DNA of 64,000 nucleotides from NCBI GenBank assembly GCA_002269645.1, contig NIVC01002292.1, positions 549 to 64,548 of the forward strand, in the 5' to 3' direction. Positions 36,249 to 48,000 of this stretch are shown piece by piece. The position numbers and the translations under genes are program-made. The first letter of the stretch is position 1. Each line of letters begins with the position of its first letter. Below the pieces are notes generated by a model. The model was given only the letters and a program-made list of their open reading frames with translations. It was not told the DNA's origin and ran no database searches. The DNA is from Macrostomum lignano (lineage: Eukaryota).

Positions 36249-36866
36249 ATGCTGACAACACAGGCTCTATTAGGTCTTCTTGCACTTGTCGCCATTACCA
36301 TCTCAAACGGCCAGGCGAGCCCCGGCGACTGCCTGACTCTCCTGCAGGGCGAGGCGGCTGACATGCTGATCGAGGCTGTGGAGGGCCTGCGGGACATCGC
36401 CGGCCGACTCGAGCAGCGACTGCCGCTCGGCTCCTCCTGCAGCCACCGGAAGCGCAGTCTGCTGCCCTCATTGAACCAGTCGACGCTGGGCTTTGACACG
36501 CCAAATCGGCGAGCGCTCAACGCCACGCAGCTGACGCTGCAGTTCCTGCAAAGCTTCCGGCTGGCCGAGAACGCGGAGGGCCTGCGATCTCTGGCCTGCA
36601 ATTCGGTCAAGATCGAGCGCCGCCTGTATGTCACCGCCTGCCTGCTCCGCCAGCTCGGCGGTGTGACGGACGCCCAAGCGGAGCAATCGGCGGAATCCGT
36701 CGCAGAGTCCAGATGGCTGCAGCAGAGCTTCAGCAGGCAGGAGCAGCGCTACAAACGAGATTACATCCTGTGCTGGGACTGCGCCAGAGCCCTGGCGACT
36801 GCCGCCAACGATCTCGTAAACGGGACGTTAAGTGAGTACTGCGTATGCAGGGAGGTCAACTCGTAG
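36249..36866 (+). CDS. Secreted 205-aa protein, predicted long-chain four-helix-bundle (class I cytokine-like)
   Basis: Signal peptide MLTTQALLGLLALVAITISNG, GC-rich single exon, four amphipathic helices with long AB and CD loops, and N-glycosylation sequons NQS/NAT/NGT. Confidence 0.7.
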   Translation: MLTTQALLGLLALVAITISNGQASPGDCLTLLQGEAADMLIEAVEGLRDIAGRLEQRLPLGSSCSHRKRSLLPSLNQSTLGFDTPNRRALNATQLTLQFLQSFRLAENAEGLRSLACNSVKIERRLYVTACLLRQLGGVTDAQAEQSAESVAESRWLQQSFSRQEQRYKRDYILCWDCARALATAANDLVNGTLSEYCVCREVNS

Positions 36867-38163
36867 GCCAGGACAGGCTTCTTTTCGAATTTCGTTGGAG
36901 GCCGAAAATTAATCAGAAAGTTTTTTAGTTTTTTTAGCACTAAAATTACAATGAATCTCACCTTCTGGACTTCGAAATTTGAAAAGAATACACAGAAACA
37001 GGAACGATTGTGCTTAATTTCTATCTCCGGTAGCATATCCTCAAATACAAAATAGCTTGGCAACCTTGACAGCTATTCATAGATAACCTCATCAACTGAC
37101 GGATAAAAACCCGCCCCCATCTCCAACTTGCAGGCTACATCTTGCCAGACGACTGTCCGTGAGGCTCCCGACGGTCTCTGTGGGACTTGCCAGCTGCATC
37201 GCTGTTACTGATTTCTAAATGTACACATCATTTGTTCTTCCATTCTGGCCTATTCAGCAACTCCATTCCGAGCATTCGGTGGGCTTTTTGAAAATAAGAT
37301 TTTTAATCGCATTCATGCCATTAAAGCCTATCCATCCGCTCGCACCGTCCGTCCATGTTTCTGCTGAATTTCAGCATTTTTTATTTTTAAATTAACTTTC
37401 ATCTACACATTGCCTAACTGATCACTGTATCTCAAAGCTGCTTGTTCTTACACTCGTGCAGAATACTCACTATGATAAAATATTTAGCTATTAACCTTTA
37501 AAGTATTTTTACATTAGTCAAAGCTAGTACCTCTTTTAACCGATTTATTGTTGTGTAAAAAATCATGATAAATGTAGATCGCTTGAAAATAAATCTTCTC
37601 TATAACAAAAAACCCATTCGAGAATCCAAAGCAATTGGGAAATTACGCGTAGCTACGCTCCTAATGCCTGTGAAATCCAATGCTGTGCTTTTTAAACACG
37701 AGAAAATTGCATAATTTTGCGATAATGCGATAAAAGCGAAAAGGGGTTATATTTGAACGAGATACTCTAGGTCGACATTTATAAGCTAAATGAAAGCGTA
37801 AAATATACACGATTGAGCGTAATATGGGGTGGGACGATCAGTAAAGAGTGAAAGTGCTGCGATCAATAATTTGGGGGAATGTACGTACTAGCAAGATAAA
37901 TATGCTAGTCTAAATTGAGCGTATATTTAGCTGCTATTGCAAATGTAAAAGTACAAGAAATACCGCGACACAGTGGCTGCTCCAGAACAGGCCGCGGTGC
38001 ACCCTGTGTGAGCGTGTGTGAGAATTGCCGTCAGCGCTGGTCGTGGGACGAAGTCGCCGAAGGCCCACAGCCCTCCTGCAAATGTTTAGTGATTAACGAC
38101 CAGACACTGCTGTTCTCTGTCCCTTCGACTTAACAGCAGGGACACCAGGGCGGTAGCCACGAC

Positions 38164-39685
38164 CAGGGGCGTAGACAGGAATTTCCTACGGGGGGATACA
38201 CCAAGGTGAATTTCCTACGGGGGGGGGGTACACCAAGGTGAATTTCCTACGGGTGGGATACACCAAGGTGAATTTTGAGTAAGCCCTTAATTTCTTCATT
38301 TTAGGGGAATTGCAATCTGATCGGCTGGAGGGAGAGTTCTCCATTTATGGGCAGGGTCGCGGCGGGTGTTATTACGTTTCTGTTGATCAAATATTGGCTT
38401 CGGCACGTCTCCGTCGTATGCAACTCTACGCCAAGCTTCAGATTTCCTATCCAGAGCACAAACAGTCTTTTTGTTGCCAAAGTGACCTTTTGGAGAGAGA
38501 TTTACACGTCTTTGACAAGCTTCACCAGTCTGCCGCTGAACTCTCTGATGAAGAGAAAGCTTCTATTTACTATATATGCGGTTATGTCTCGTACAAGGAA
38601 AATTTGTCCGGGAAAAGCACCGAGGCATATGCTACAGACAACAGCTGTGAGTTCACAAAGTTGGTGTCTCGCGGAAAATTGAGTCATCCGCCAGAATGGC
38701 TTGTTGTGTATGCTAGTTTCTGCTACGTCTTCTTTCTCGGCTCCGGACAGCGTTGCGTTAACAGTTCAGTTAATGTGTTTCTGAGAATTTTCGACTCTTT
38801 TTTGGATATTGCACTTGGCAACGAGCTACTTATAAGAATATCTCGCCGGTTTGCAAATTCCTTTTACAAGGGTTTAGTAAGAAAGGAATCTGAAACTGAG
38901 AGACATCAAAGCGGTGTTGGTGCAAGACGGTTACGAAAATTAAACACCGATTAACTTTGTGACGAATTTATTACTATTTTCACTGTCATCTTTGCTACCA
39001 TCGTGTTGCTTCTACATTTTAAACAAGTCCATGAATCGGGAAATGAGCGAATAAGTATTATTATTGTTGACCAAGTGTAGTTCCTATCATTCAATATTGT
39101 CATTCTTGTTATTTTTGGGTATTTCTTCGTTTTTTGTTAAACTTCTACACCCTGTTCACGATCACCTTTTGAAGAAAATATAAATATTTTGTCGGTATAC
39201 ATGCATATAAAAAGCTTTATTCACTGGGCTTTAATTTCTATTCATGTATTATACACATTGCTTCAAATAGCAAAAAGGCCACTAAAACCATAGACACATG
39301 CATTCAAAGCGGCCTTTTAGAATTCTGCCAATATTTGCAAGTGTAACGTCCTGTGTTCTTAAGTAGTCCTTGGATACACCAAGGTGAATTTCCTACGGGG
39401 GGGATACACCAAGGTGAATTTTCTACGGGGGGGATACACCAAGGTGAATTTCCTACGGGGGGATACACCAAGGTGAATTTCCTACGGGGGGGGATACACC
39501 AAGGTGAATTTCCTACGGGGGGGATACACCAAGGTGAATTTCCTACGGGGGGGGATACACCAAGGTAAAAGTGCTATGACAGAGTCACATGGTAGCATGT
39601 ATAGCAACAAAGGGCAACAAAAAAGTTTTGGTCAGGCTCTTCGGGGGGGATGCATCCCCCCTATCCGCCCCTCCCTACGCCCCTG
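38164..39685. mobile_element. hAT-type non-autonomous element with internal ~30-bp tandem repeats and captured cargo
   Basis: Perfect 11-bp TIRs CAGGGGCGTAG / CTACGCCCCTG and 8-bp TSD GCCACGAC (38156-38163, 39686-39693). GATACACCAAGGTGAATTTCCTACGGGGG repeats lie at about 38180-38277 and 39371-39565. Confidence 0.9.
38310..38954 (+). pseudogene. C-terminal fragment of a P-element/THAP9-like transposase
   Basis: QSDRLEGEFSIYGQGRGGCYYVSVDQILAS (catalytic-Glu region), SIYYICGYV and SRGKLSHP motifs typical of P-superfamily transposase C-termini. N-terminal two-thirds absent. Confidence 0.7.
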
Positions 39686-41126
39686 GCCACGACCCTCTCT
39701 AGCCATGGATCAAATCCAGAATGTTTATTTTTACTCAGGACAGGCTCACCTACGTCGGCCCCAACCCGGACCTCTCCGATGTTTTCAGGCCCGATAATTA
39801 CTGCCAGCTCGTCCGCTACCTAAGGGCTACCGGGCGAGCGACTGTCCAACTCCTAAACTCTCCCGAGGGGCACTGCTCTGCGGACACCCGCACCAACGGA
39901 TCTCCCTGCGCGATAAGGCAGCAGTTAGCGGAATGGACGGCGACGCCTCCCCCCTGCATCTGGTTTTCCAGAGTCCCCCCCCCAAAAAGTAAATTAAGAA
40001 TACCTTACACAAGATGCTTTCTTGAATGTCCTTTCACATTGACATTTTTCATTAGTCAGGTTCTGCTGGCCATGCAGTCCACAATTGATCAATGGAATAA
40101 AGAAAGGCACTGCTGAAAGAATTAAGAGCTGCAATCCAACACACTTAATCAATTTATTATTGCTGCAACGCTGAAAACAATAATTGTTAACGCTCTTGAT
40201 ATCTGAAAGCCAACACCCCCCGAGGTGTGGCGCACAACAACAGGACAATGACACTGGTTGAGCAAATGAATTCGATTATTAATTATATCGATCTAGATTG
40301 AGTAACAAAGGCTAAAAACAGTTTACAGATAAAATATAGGCTGGCAGCTTACTTGGAACTCAGCTCGAGTCCAGCGCTGAGTCTTGTCACACAGGGAGAT
40401 AAAATGCAAAGTGATAAAATGATATTTTTACACGCACCGGATGACCTCTCTGCGAATGACCGCTTTGACATGCCATTCGCAGTTGAGCCACCAAAGCAAA
40501 GTGAATGGAATAAAATTGAAATGCTAAAAGCTAAATTAATCGAGAACTGCACATAGCATCAATATTAGTTTATGTACAGTTTATGAGAGAAGCCATGGAT
40601 AGGCCAATTTAAATTTTAACACGGTTTGTGAAAGTTTTTGTGACATTTCACTGTCCAAAGTGAAAGCGACAGAGTTGTGCCTCTAAATTGCATTGGCTAG
40701 CTGCAGGACTTTAGCATCCAAATCTGTACAGAGAAACAACAGCTAAAACAGGTTAAATAGATGCAGATATCTTACTATTAATTAAAAGTTCATGCAGCTA
40801 CAGATATACTCAAGGCTGGCTCACATTTCCGCTAGCAGCTCTGCCAGCCAAAGATTGCTCAAGCCAATTCAAGTCTGAACCAGAATACATTAATTTGAGC
40901 AATCTTTCACTTGTGCAGCTGCAGGTGGTTGTGAGGTTGTGAGAGAGTCAAAAGTCATTGCTCCTTCCTGCAAAGATGGTTACTTTTTAATAGTTTTAGA
41001 ATTATTTTATAATTCAAAATCCTAAACGTGAAGTAATTCGCTTAAAAAATACCGGAAAATCCTTGTTCAAGACTTCACGACTTTTGGCGCGCATTTGAAT
41101 GCAACGTTAACAACATTTTGAACTTA

Positions 41127-41516
41127 TCATCGCCGCGCGTCGGTTATCTCGGCCAGGTCAGACATTGCTGCTCCATCGCGGCCGCTCCGCTGGCAGTAGT
41201 ATCGGAAGAACAGCTGCAGAAGGGCCCGCACACTGTCCAGGCTGCACGCGAGCCGGTCGCACGCGACTGTCTGATTCAGTTCCTTGGCCAAGGCGAGCCT
41301 CTCAGTCAGCTGCTGCTTGTACTCGCGCAGGGCGACAATCTCGCTCACAATCAGCCGCAGTCGCTGTTTGGATAGTCGCGGCGAAGCAGGAGCGCGGGGA
41401 CTCCTGGCGTCGCTGCTGCCGAGCTGCTTGCGCGAATGTCGCGAGATGCCGCTAGCGCCGCGGCGGTTCTGATGAGTGCCGCTTTCCTGCTGACCGCGCC
41501 GACTGTCTGGCTGCAT
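41127..41516 (-). CDS. Hypothetical 129-aa protein with short coiled coil
   Basis: ATG-initiated GC-rich ORF with exon-like codon usage and heptads in RLRLIVSEIVALREYKQQLTERLALAKEL. No family recognised. Confidence 0.5.
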   Translation of the reverse strand: MQPDSRRGQQESGTHQNRRGASGISRHSRKQLGSSDARSPRAPASPRLSKQRLRLIVSEIVALREYKQQLTERLALAKELNQTVACDRLACSLDSVRALLQLFFRYYCQRSGRDGAAMSDLAEITDARR

Positions 41517-42068
41517 ATTCTGTGAATTAAAATCTAATTTTAGCTTCTCCAGCTTTTGAGCGAAGCACGAAATTGGCTGTCAATTTTTTTATTGAAGCCC
41601 GCAATGAGTTTTTATCGCCCTAGCCAAGCTGAAGCGCCACCCAGGCCATTGTGTGATTGGCTGATTCGTTTGGTCCTGCCCCTGCGTACATTGGCATGTA
41701 CATTCGGGTGTACGCAGGCTGTGCTGGCCAACCCCAACCCATTCAAGCTTTATTTACAAAAAAACTCTGCCTACCACGGATGGAAAACCTTTTTTGTAAT
41801 AACAGACCCAGAATCTGTCTGCCGTGCAAGTCACAAAACCTACTAGAGACTGCTGTGTACTAATATTATATTATTTATACGATATCTATTTCTCACTTTC
41901 CAAATATCACTTGCAGTTGTAAAAAAAAATAGAACACAACTCAGCTAGCCTAATTAAGCTCGGGGGTTGTCTGGAGCCCATGCAGTGCCAGTATTTTGCA
42001 TACACCGGTACAGAAGAAGGCCTATAACTGACGTCTAATATAGGCAAGCAAAGTCCGTCCTGGTTGTG

Positions 42069-43027
42069 TCAGTAATTCGAAACATTGTACACCGAGTTGT
42101 GCTTCGGACCGCCGCACTTCTCCTTGCTATTGCCCGGGCAGGGCATGTAGCAGTTGACCAATGTCGCGGGGTTCGGCGAGATGTTCCCGTAGCTGTCCCC
42201 GCACCAGCACTCCTTGCCATTGTGCAGCCCAAAGTACTTTTTCAGCTTGGCGTGACACCTGTCGTTGCAATTGTTGGGACTGTTCGCGTCAAAAGAGCCG
42301 GCAAATACGGGCAGGTCGCGGACCTCGCTGCCCGAGACAAAGCAGCCGAGCAGAGTGGCCACGGCACGAGTGGGCACCACTTTCGTGTTGATGAACTCGT
42401 CAACTTTCTTCTTCTTAACTGAAGTTTCAACAAATGGCAATTTTCTTAGAAAAAGATTTGAAGGCTGGCTTTACGCGAAAGTCCGACATTGCCGAGAGTG
42501 GAAGCCATCAGAAGTGGAGACATCAGATTTAATACAATATGATTGCATTATTCTTTCAGAGAAAGCAAAACTATCAGTGATCTTTTTATATATTGTTTAG
42601 AGGCTTCTCTAAGAAACCAAAATTCCAGGTCATTCTGCTATGTTTTCCTCAGTGTCTTACGGGTGGCACTTTTAGACTTTATATGTCTGTAAAAGTAGTT
42701 TTTTAAGAAGGATAAAACTGGCTCTTCTAAGATTCGAAGTTAATTTTTTCAATTTTTTCAACTTATTTTAAGGCAGCTTGAACTCAAATCTACATGAATG
42801 TAACTGAATAAGATTCAGTGAGCTGAGGTTATAGTAGACTGAGATAAGCCGAATTTAAATCGAATAAGCTGAAAATAAGCAGAAATGCGAATCAAAGCAA
42901 TTCTGTGCACAACAAGAGGCAGAAAAGATGACTCACAGGGTCTCATAATGCAGGAATCTGAGCAGGTGAATAGCACAGCCGAACAGATGACAATGCAGAT
43001 TCGAAGCTGAGCAGACCTGAGCAGCAT
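42069..43027 (-). CDS. Small secreted single-WSC-domain protein (exons 43027-42937, 42418-42069; 146 aa)
   Basis: Hydrophobic leader RICIVICSAVLFTCS. The phase-1 GT-AG intron is consistent. WSC pattern LGCF...CNDRC...YFGLHNGKECWCG...CYMPCPGNSKEKCGG. Confidence 0.85.
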
Positions 43028-43907
43028 TTGATACAACTGCACCAGGAAAAGTAGTGCGTTTGCTCAGAAATTCACATTCGCTTTCCCACTTATCACACAG
43101 ACTCAAGCGAAATAACTATGCAAATTAGGAAAGTTAGTCTAATGAGTTGGACTTGCGCAATTCAAAAAAGCAACACGCAGTGAAAAATTTGCTAAGTTAT
43201 GTCTATGGTGTTTACGATATCATCACGATATTTTCAAATTCAAAGCGTAGGTGGTCAAATGTGTTTGAGCTGACATTTTAACGAACATGCACCAGCTGCA
43301 TCTGAAGAATTTCCGGAGCTGTCTCTTGACCAAGATGGAATCGACCTTGACGCCTGTTGAAATCCAGTCGCCTGCCAAGGACGTCTCCGGAGCAGATGAT
43401 GCCCCGTGGTGGCATCCTAGCGCACCATACAGGTTTTTGTTGACACCGAATTTCCTAAATTATATGAATGCATAGCTTACACAAGTTGCAGTATACTTGT
43501 CATCTACAAATACACACCCCACCCCCAAATCAAAGTAAACCTTCGCAACAAAGTCGTCAGCAAGTGCGAGTAGCAAAAAAAAACACTTAAGTGCATGAGA
43601 AATCGTCTTTCTTCGCTGTGACGAGCATCAAGGTGTAATGAGAGGTTGTTTGGTTAAATTCGCAACCAATGTCCAATACAGGACTAAGTAATGGCCAGTG
43701 GAAATTGAACTGCGAGAATACTGTAGCCTTTTTGTACAGCAAATCACAAAACGCGTGAGTAGACATGTTCTGAATACTGTAGTCCAAGTACATGTAGTCA
43801 TTAGTTTTCATACAATTCACTCCAGCTGGATTATGAGCGTGGAATATGAGGAAAGCGTATCTGAACTGGAGTCACTGAATTCAGCTTCGGCTTGCCAGCT
43901 CGACTGG

Positions 43908-45167
43908 TCAGTCAACGTCATCTTCAAACGCCACAGTGTACGCGTCTACCCGGCAGTCAGTGGCCGCCGGGCACCTCAGCAGTAGCAGCAGCGCGCGGGA
44001 CCCTTTGCTGACTAGACGCACCGCTGCAGGCCGTTGGCCTGTCAAGCCGCCGCCACCGCTGGCCGCGGTCAACACCGCGTTCGCTGCACGAGTGCAAGCG
44101 ACGGCCAGGCCCATGCTGCCCGCTCGGTACACCAGCACGTGACCCTTCCCGATGTCCGTGACGTACAGCTGGTCAAAACGCTCATCGAGATGAAGACCGC
44201 ACGGCGACTGACCAGCCGGGTAGCTGAGGTGGCAGAGCGGCTCCAGGGTCAGCCAGTCGAACTTCACCACGCGGCGGGTCTCGGGGAACGAGACCCACAG
44301 GCAGGTCAGGCGGTGGCCGGGCACGGCGAGGTAGTAGGGCACGCCGAACCTGGCAACGTCGATGCTGCGAATCCGCTTCAGTGCCGGCGCCGGCGTGTAG
44401 TGGTCCACGGTCAGTTGGCGCGGGTTCGTCACCCAGCACTCGCCACGGAAGTTGACTCGCACGGCGAACATACCCGGTCTGGACGGATGCGCCGTCGCTC
44501 CTCCGTCACTTCGTTGCCGACGAGTTGAAGCCTCCAGCCGGGAGGCGGCCAGCCGGCCAGCCCTATCGAAGACGAAGAGACCGCAGCGGCCGGAGGTGCT
44601 AATAGCGGTGAGGTAGATGAGACCCGGAGTCGCATCGATGCACAGCGGCGCGCGGTGGCCCAGGCTGGCTGGCCAGCTACTGGCGTCGCCCTGCGTCCGG
44701 CAAGGCTGGGCCAGGGAGAACTCGGCCACGTCCAGGCCAGGGACCAGCAGGCGGTCGGTTTGAACGGCAAAATCGTAGGGGCTGGTCCAGGCGTTGAGCC
44801 GGACGGAGGTGAAGGCTGAGGCGCTGCGGAGTTTCCGGCCCGGTGGTGGCAGCGGGCAGATGTCGTAGGCGCCCGGTGAGCCGCTGCCGTCCGCGACGTC
44901 TTCATCAGTGCCTTCGTTGTCGCTGCGCTTTCGCAACGGCGAGTTCTGACGTCGACGGTCGCGGCTGCGGCTTCGACTGCGACTGCGCGCAAACAGCCGT
45001 CGGCGCAGCTTGATCCGCTTGAAGAAGCTGACAATGGCTGGCTGCTTCTTGCCTTTCTTCTGCTGCTGATGCATAGGGTCTTCTGCAGCCGGCTTGATTG
45101 GCACCTCATCGTCGCTGGCTGGTTTTACCTCGCGCTCCTTTCCTCGCGAGCGTCGCAGCTTTAACAT
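43908..45167 (-). CDS. 419-aa NHL/six-bladed beta-propeller-like protein with basic RS-rich N-terminus
   Basis: Intact ORF with beta-strand repeats such as PCGLHLDERFDQLYVTDIGKGHVLVY and GECWVTNP. N-terminal RSRSRSRSRDRRR. Confidence 0.75.
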   Translation of the reverse strand: MLKLRRSRGKEREVKPASDDEVPIKPAAEDPMHQQQKKGKKQPAIVSFFKRIKLRRRLFARSRSRSRSRDRRRQNSPLRKRSDNEGTDEDVADGSGSPGAYDICPLPPPGRKLRSASAFTSVRLNAWTSPYDFAVQTDRLLVPGLDVAEFSLAQPCRTQGDASSWPASLGHRAPLCIDATPGLIYLTAISTSGRCGLFVFDRAGRLAASRLEASTRRQRSDGGATAHPSRPGMFAVRVNFRGECWVTNPRQLTVDHYTPAPALKRIRSIDVARFGVPYYLAVPGHRLTCLWVSFPETRRVVKFDWLTLEPLCHLSYPAGQSPCGLHLDERFDQLYVTDIGKGHVLVYRAGSMGLAVACTRAANAVLTAASGGGGLTGQRPAAVRLVSKGSRALLLLLRCPAATDCRVDAYTVAFEDDVD

Positions 45168-46375
45168 TTTTCACCTGCGTATCTCAGTTGCGTCTCTCCT
45201 CGCTGTGGCTTATGTCTCGCTCAGCTGGCGCTCTTGAGCTGGTGCATGCGGGGTCTTGTATCAGACCATGCCGGCACGACCACCGAGCTTCGATCTGTAT
45301 CTTTTTTCACTTCCTTTCCTGCTTCTGCTCGGCTGCTTTCAGAGCATAGAAACTTAATAATCGGAGCAACTTCAAAGAAGCAGGTATACGACTAAACTCA
45401 AGTGCTCCAACACTGAAGTGTTGAACTTAGGTATTTATAAGCGATTCCGCAGAAGATTCTCACTTGCTATTTGCGACTTGGCGTTTTTCGTGACAAGCGT
45501 CAAGGAATCTTGTTGACTCAGACCCAGCTGTTTGCACACCGTCTTCCTACTTTTATGCCTAGTGTTTTTGCCCGCCTTCGTGGCCCGAAAGAGCAGTCTG
45601 ACTGGATCAGCGAATGCAGAGTACAAAAGAAAGAGAAAAAAGCTCGCGCTTCAATCCAAGCAAAGTGTAAAAACTGCGCAATTAGCTGGGGGCTGAGCTG
45701 AATCTGGTTTTCTTAGGTGGGGCAGAGAAAATGGAGACGAAGATCATTGGCTCCAAGTCAAATAAATTGTGGGCTTGGACGATGAGTTACTTGAAAATGC
45801 GGCCCGTTGTTAGACCTTTTCAGGACTCTTTGGGCGTCTGCGGCAAGGTGGAAGAATGGATAGACTTGCAGAATTACCTTCATATGCAGCCATCAGACTT
45901 GCGCGCACATTATTCTGCTAAGCTACATCGCTAATTTGCACTTGAGATAGTAGCCTAACTGTAGACCTTGCACTACTCTGTAGACCAAAGTCTGTACGGC
46001 TAATTTTGGCTGCGCGAGTGAAGAAAAAAATGATGAAGAGATGAGTCTGGACTGCGTGAGAAAGAAGCTGACAGTATCTAGATTTACAAAGCTATTCAGA
46101 AAGTAGACGGTGAAAGAAAACAAATTAGGCGCCGCAGACGCGCGTACCAAGAGATTGACAGTGAGACAGCCGCAAAGCACTCGTTTGTCGTCCACTGCAC
46201 AACCAGTGTCACCTCTTGGCTAGCAAACAACCTATTTTGTGACGTTACTTACTCGTCGCATCTTTGCATTATAATTCTGATCCGAACCGAACTTCTTCCA
46301 GACATAATACTCGTAAATTCACAGAACATGAAGAATCAAACTCTGCCGAATATATATACATGTATTATATACCAT

Positions 46376-48000
46376 TTAAAAGCTTTCTCTGCTTTCTGTC
46401 TGATGTACCAGATCACCAGCCGATAGTTTCCGCAACTGTCGAGCTCCACGATTGTACAGCTGCACTGCTCTACCGCACTTTCTTACAAAAGCCTCAATGC
46501 TGGAGTGAATACGAGTTTCCTTTGGTCGCGGGTCCTTGACAGTCCCTGGCAGGTCACTATGAAGCATACGGTCGAGAGCCATCTTCGCCGGGCTTGGAAA
46601 GCCGCTGCCGACTGGTGTGTTGCGGTAGTGAAGCAAATGCCAGCTCCAGACTTTGGCCTGTCTCGGAGAATTTCTTCAGCATGCTTTTGGCTACGCTGGA
46701 CTTTGAAATTCTGTGTTCCACCTTGAACTCAGCCATTTTCTGTCGAAACTCCCGAGCAGAAAACTGCGGACCTCCATCACTGCCATGACTAGCAGTTTCT
46801 CTGGCGCTCCAAAGTTTTGAAAATCATCCCGTATGACATTCGCCACAGCCAAGCTAGTAGTTGATCTCATCCGTGTGACACTCATCCAGCGGCTGTAGGA
46901 GCCAACGCACACCAATTTAGTAGGATCCACCAGTGAACTCAAACAGATTCGTCAAACAAATTTTGAACGGAAAATTCGGCCCATCCACAGCCATCAACGG
47001 TTCTTTGGACTGAGTCCTCATATTCCGCTGGCCAGCACGATTCAAATTCACTAGCCACCTACTCCACGCTGGCCAGCACGATTCAAATTCACGAGCCACC
47101 TACTCCACGCTGGCCAGCACGATTCAAATTCACTAGCCACCTACCTCCACGCTGGCCAGCACGATTCAAATTCACTAGCCACCTACCTCCACGCTGGCCA
47201 GCACGATTCAAATTCACTAGCCACCTACCTCCACGCTGGCCAGCACGATTCAAATTCACTAGCCACCTACCTCCACGCTGGCCAGCACGATTCAAATTCA
47301 CTAGCCACCTACCTCCACGCTGGCCAGCACGATTCAAATTCACTAGCCACCTACCTCCACGCTGGCCAGCACGATTCAAATTCACTAGCCACCTACCTCC
47401 ACGCTGGCCAGCACGATTCAAATTCACTAGCCACCTACCTCCACGCTGGCCAGCACGATTCAAATTCACTAGCCACCTACCTCCACGCTGGCCAGCACGA
47501 TTCAAATTCACTAGCCACCTACCTCCACGCTGGCCAGCACGATTCAAATTCACTAGCCACCTACCTCCACGCTGGCCAGCACGATTCAAATTCACTAGCC
47601 ACCTACCTCCACGCTGGCCAGCACGATTCAAATTCACTAGCCACCTACCTCCACGCTGGCCAGCACGATTCAAATTCACTAGCCACCTACCTCCACGCTG
47701 GCCAGCACGATTCAAATTCACTAGCCACCTACCTCCACGCTGGCCAGCACGATTCAAATTCACTAGCCACCTACCTCCACGCTGGCCAGCACGATTCAAA
47801 TTCACTAGCCACCTACCTCCACGCTGGCCAGCACGATTCAAATTCACTAGCCACCTACCTCCACGCTGGCCAGTAGAAACAGTCCTTAGCCTTCAGATCC
47901 ATTTTCACGATGCCAGTGTGCCTCGCATGCAGAATTTTAAGCACCGATTTTTGGGCGCGGAAATCCCAAAAAGGCTTCAGATCGTCTGCAAGGGCCATAG
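46376..48000 (-). mobile_element. Gypsy/Ty3 LTR retrotransposon integrase remnant, frameshifted and split by a minisatellite
   Basis: VLKILHARHTGIVKM..KAKDCFYWP (Zn-binding), LFEFTGGSY..SYSRW..MRSTTS..FGAPEKL, PQFSAREF, LHYRNTP..SPAKM. Confidence 0.85.
47027..47873. repeat. 42-bp minisatellite, about 20 near-identical copies
   Basis: Unit GCTGGCCAGCACGATTCAAATTCACTAGCCACCTACCTCCAC. It gives the 14-aa LVNLNRAGQRGGRW ORF. Confidence 0.98.

Noticed and set aside
32211-38954. THAP gene and P-like transposase fragment as one P element
   Set aside because: They are on opposite strands and 5.7 kb apart, with unrelated genes and MITEs between them and no shared TIRs.
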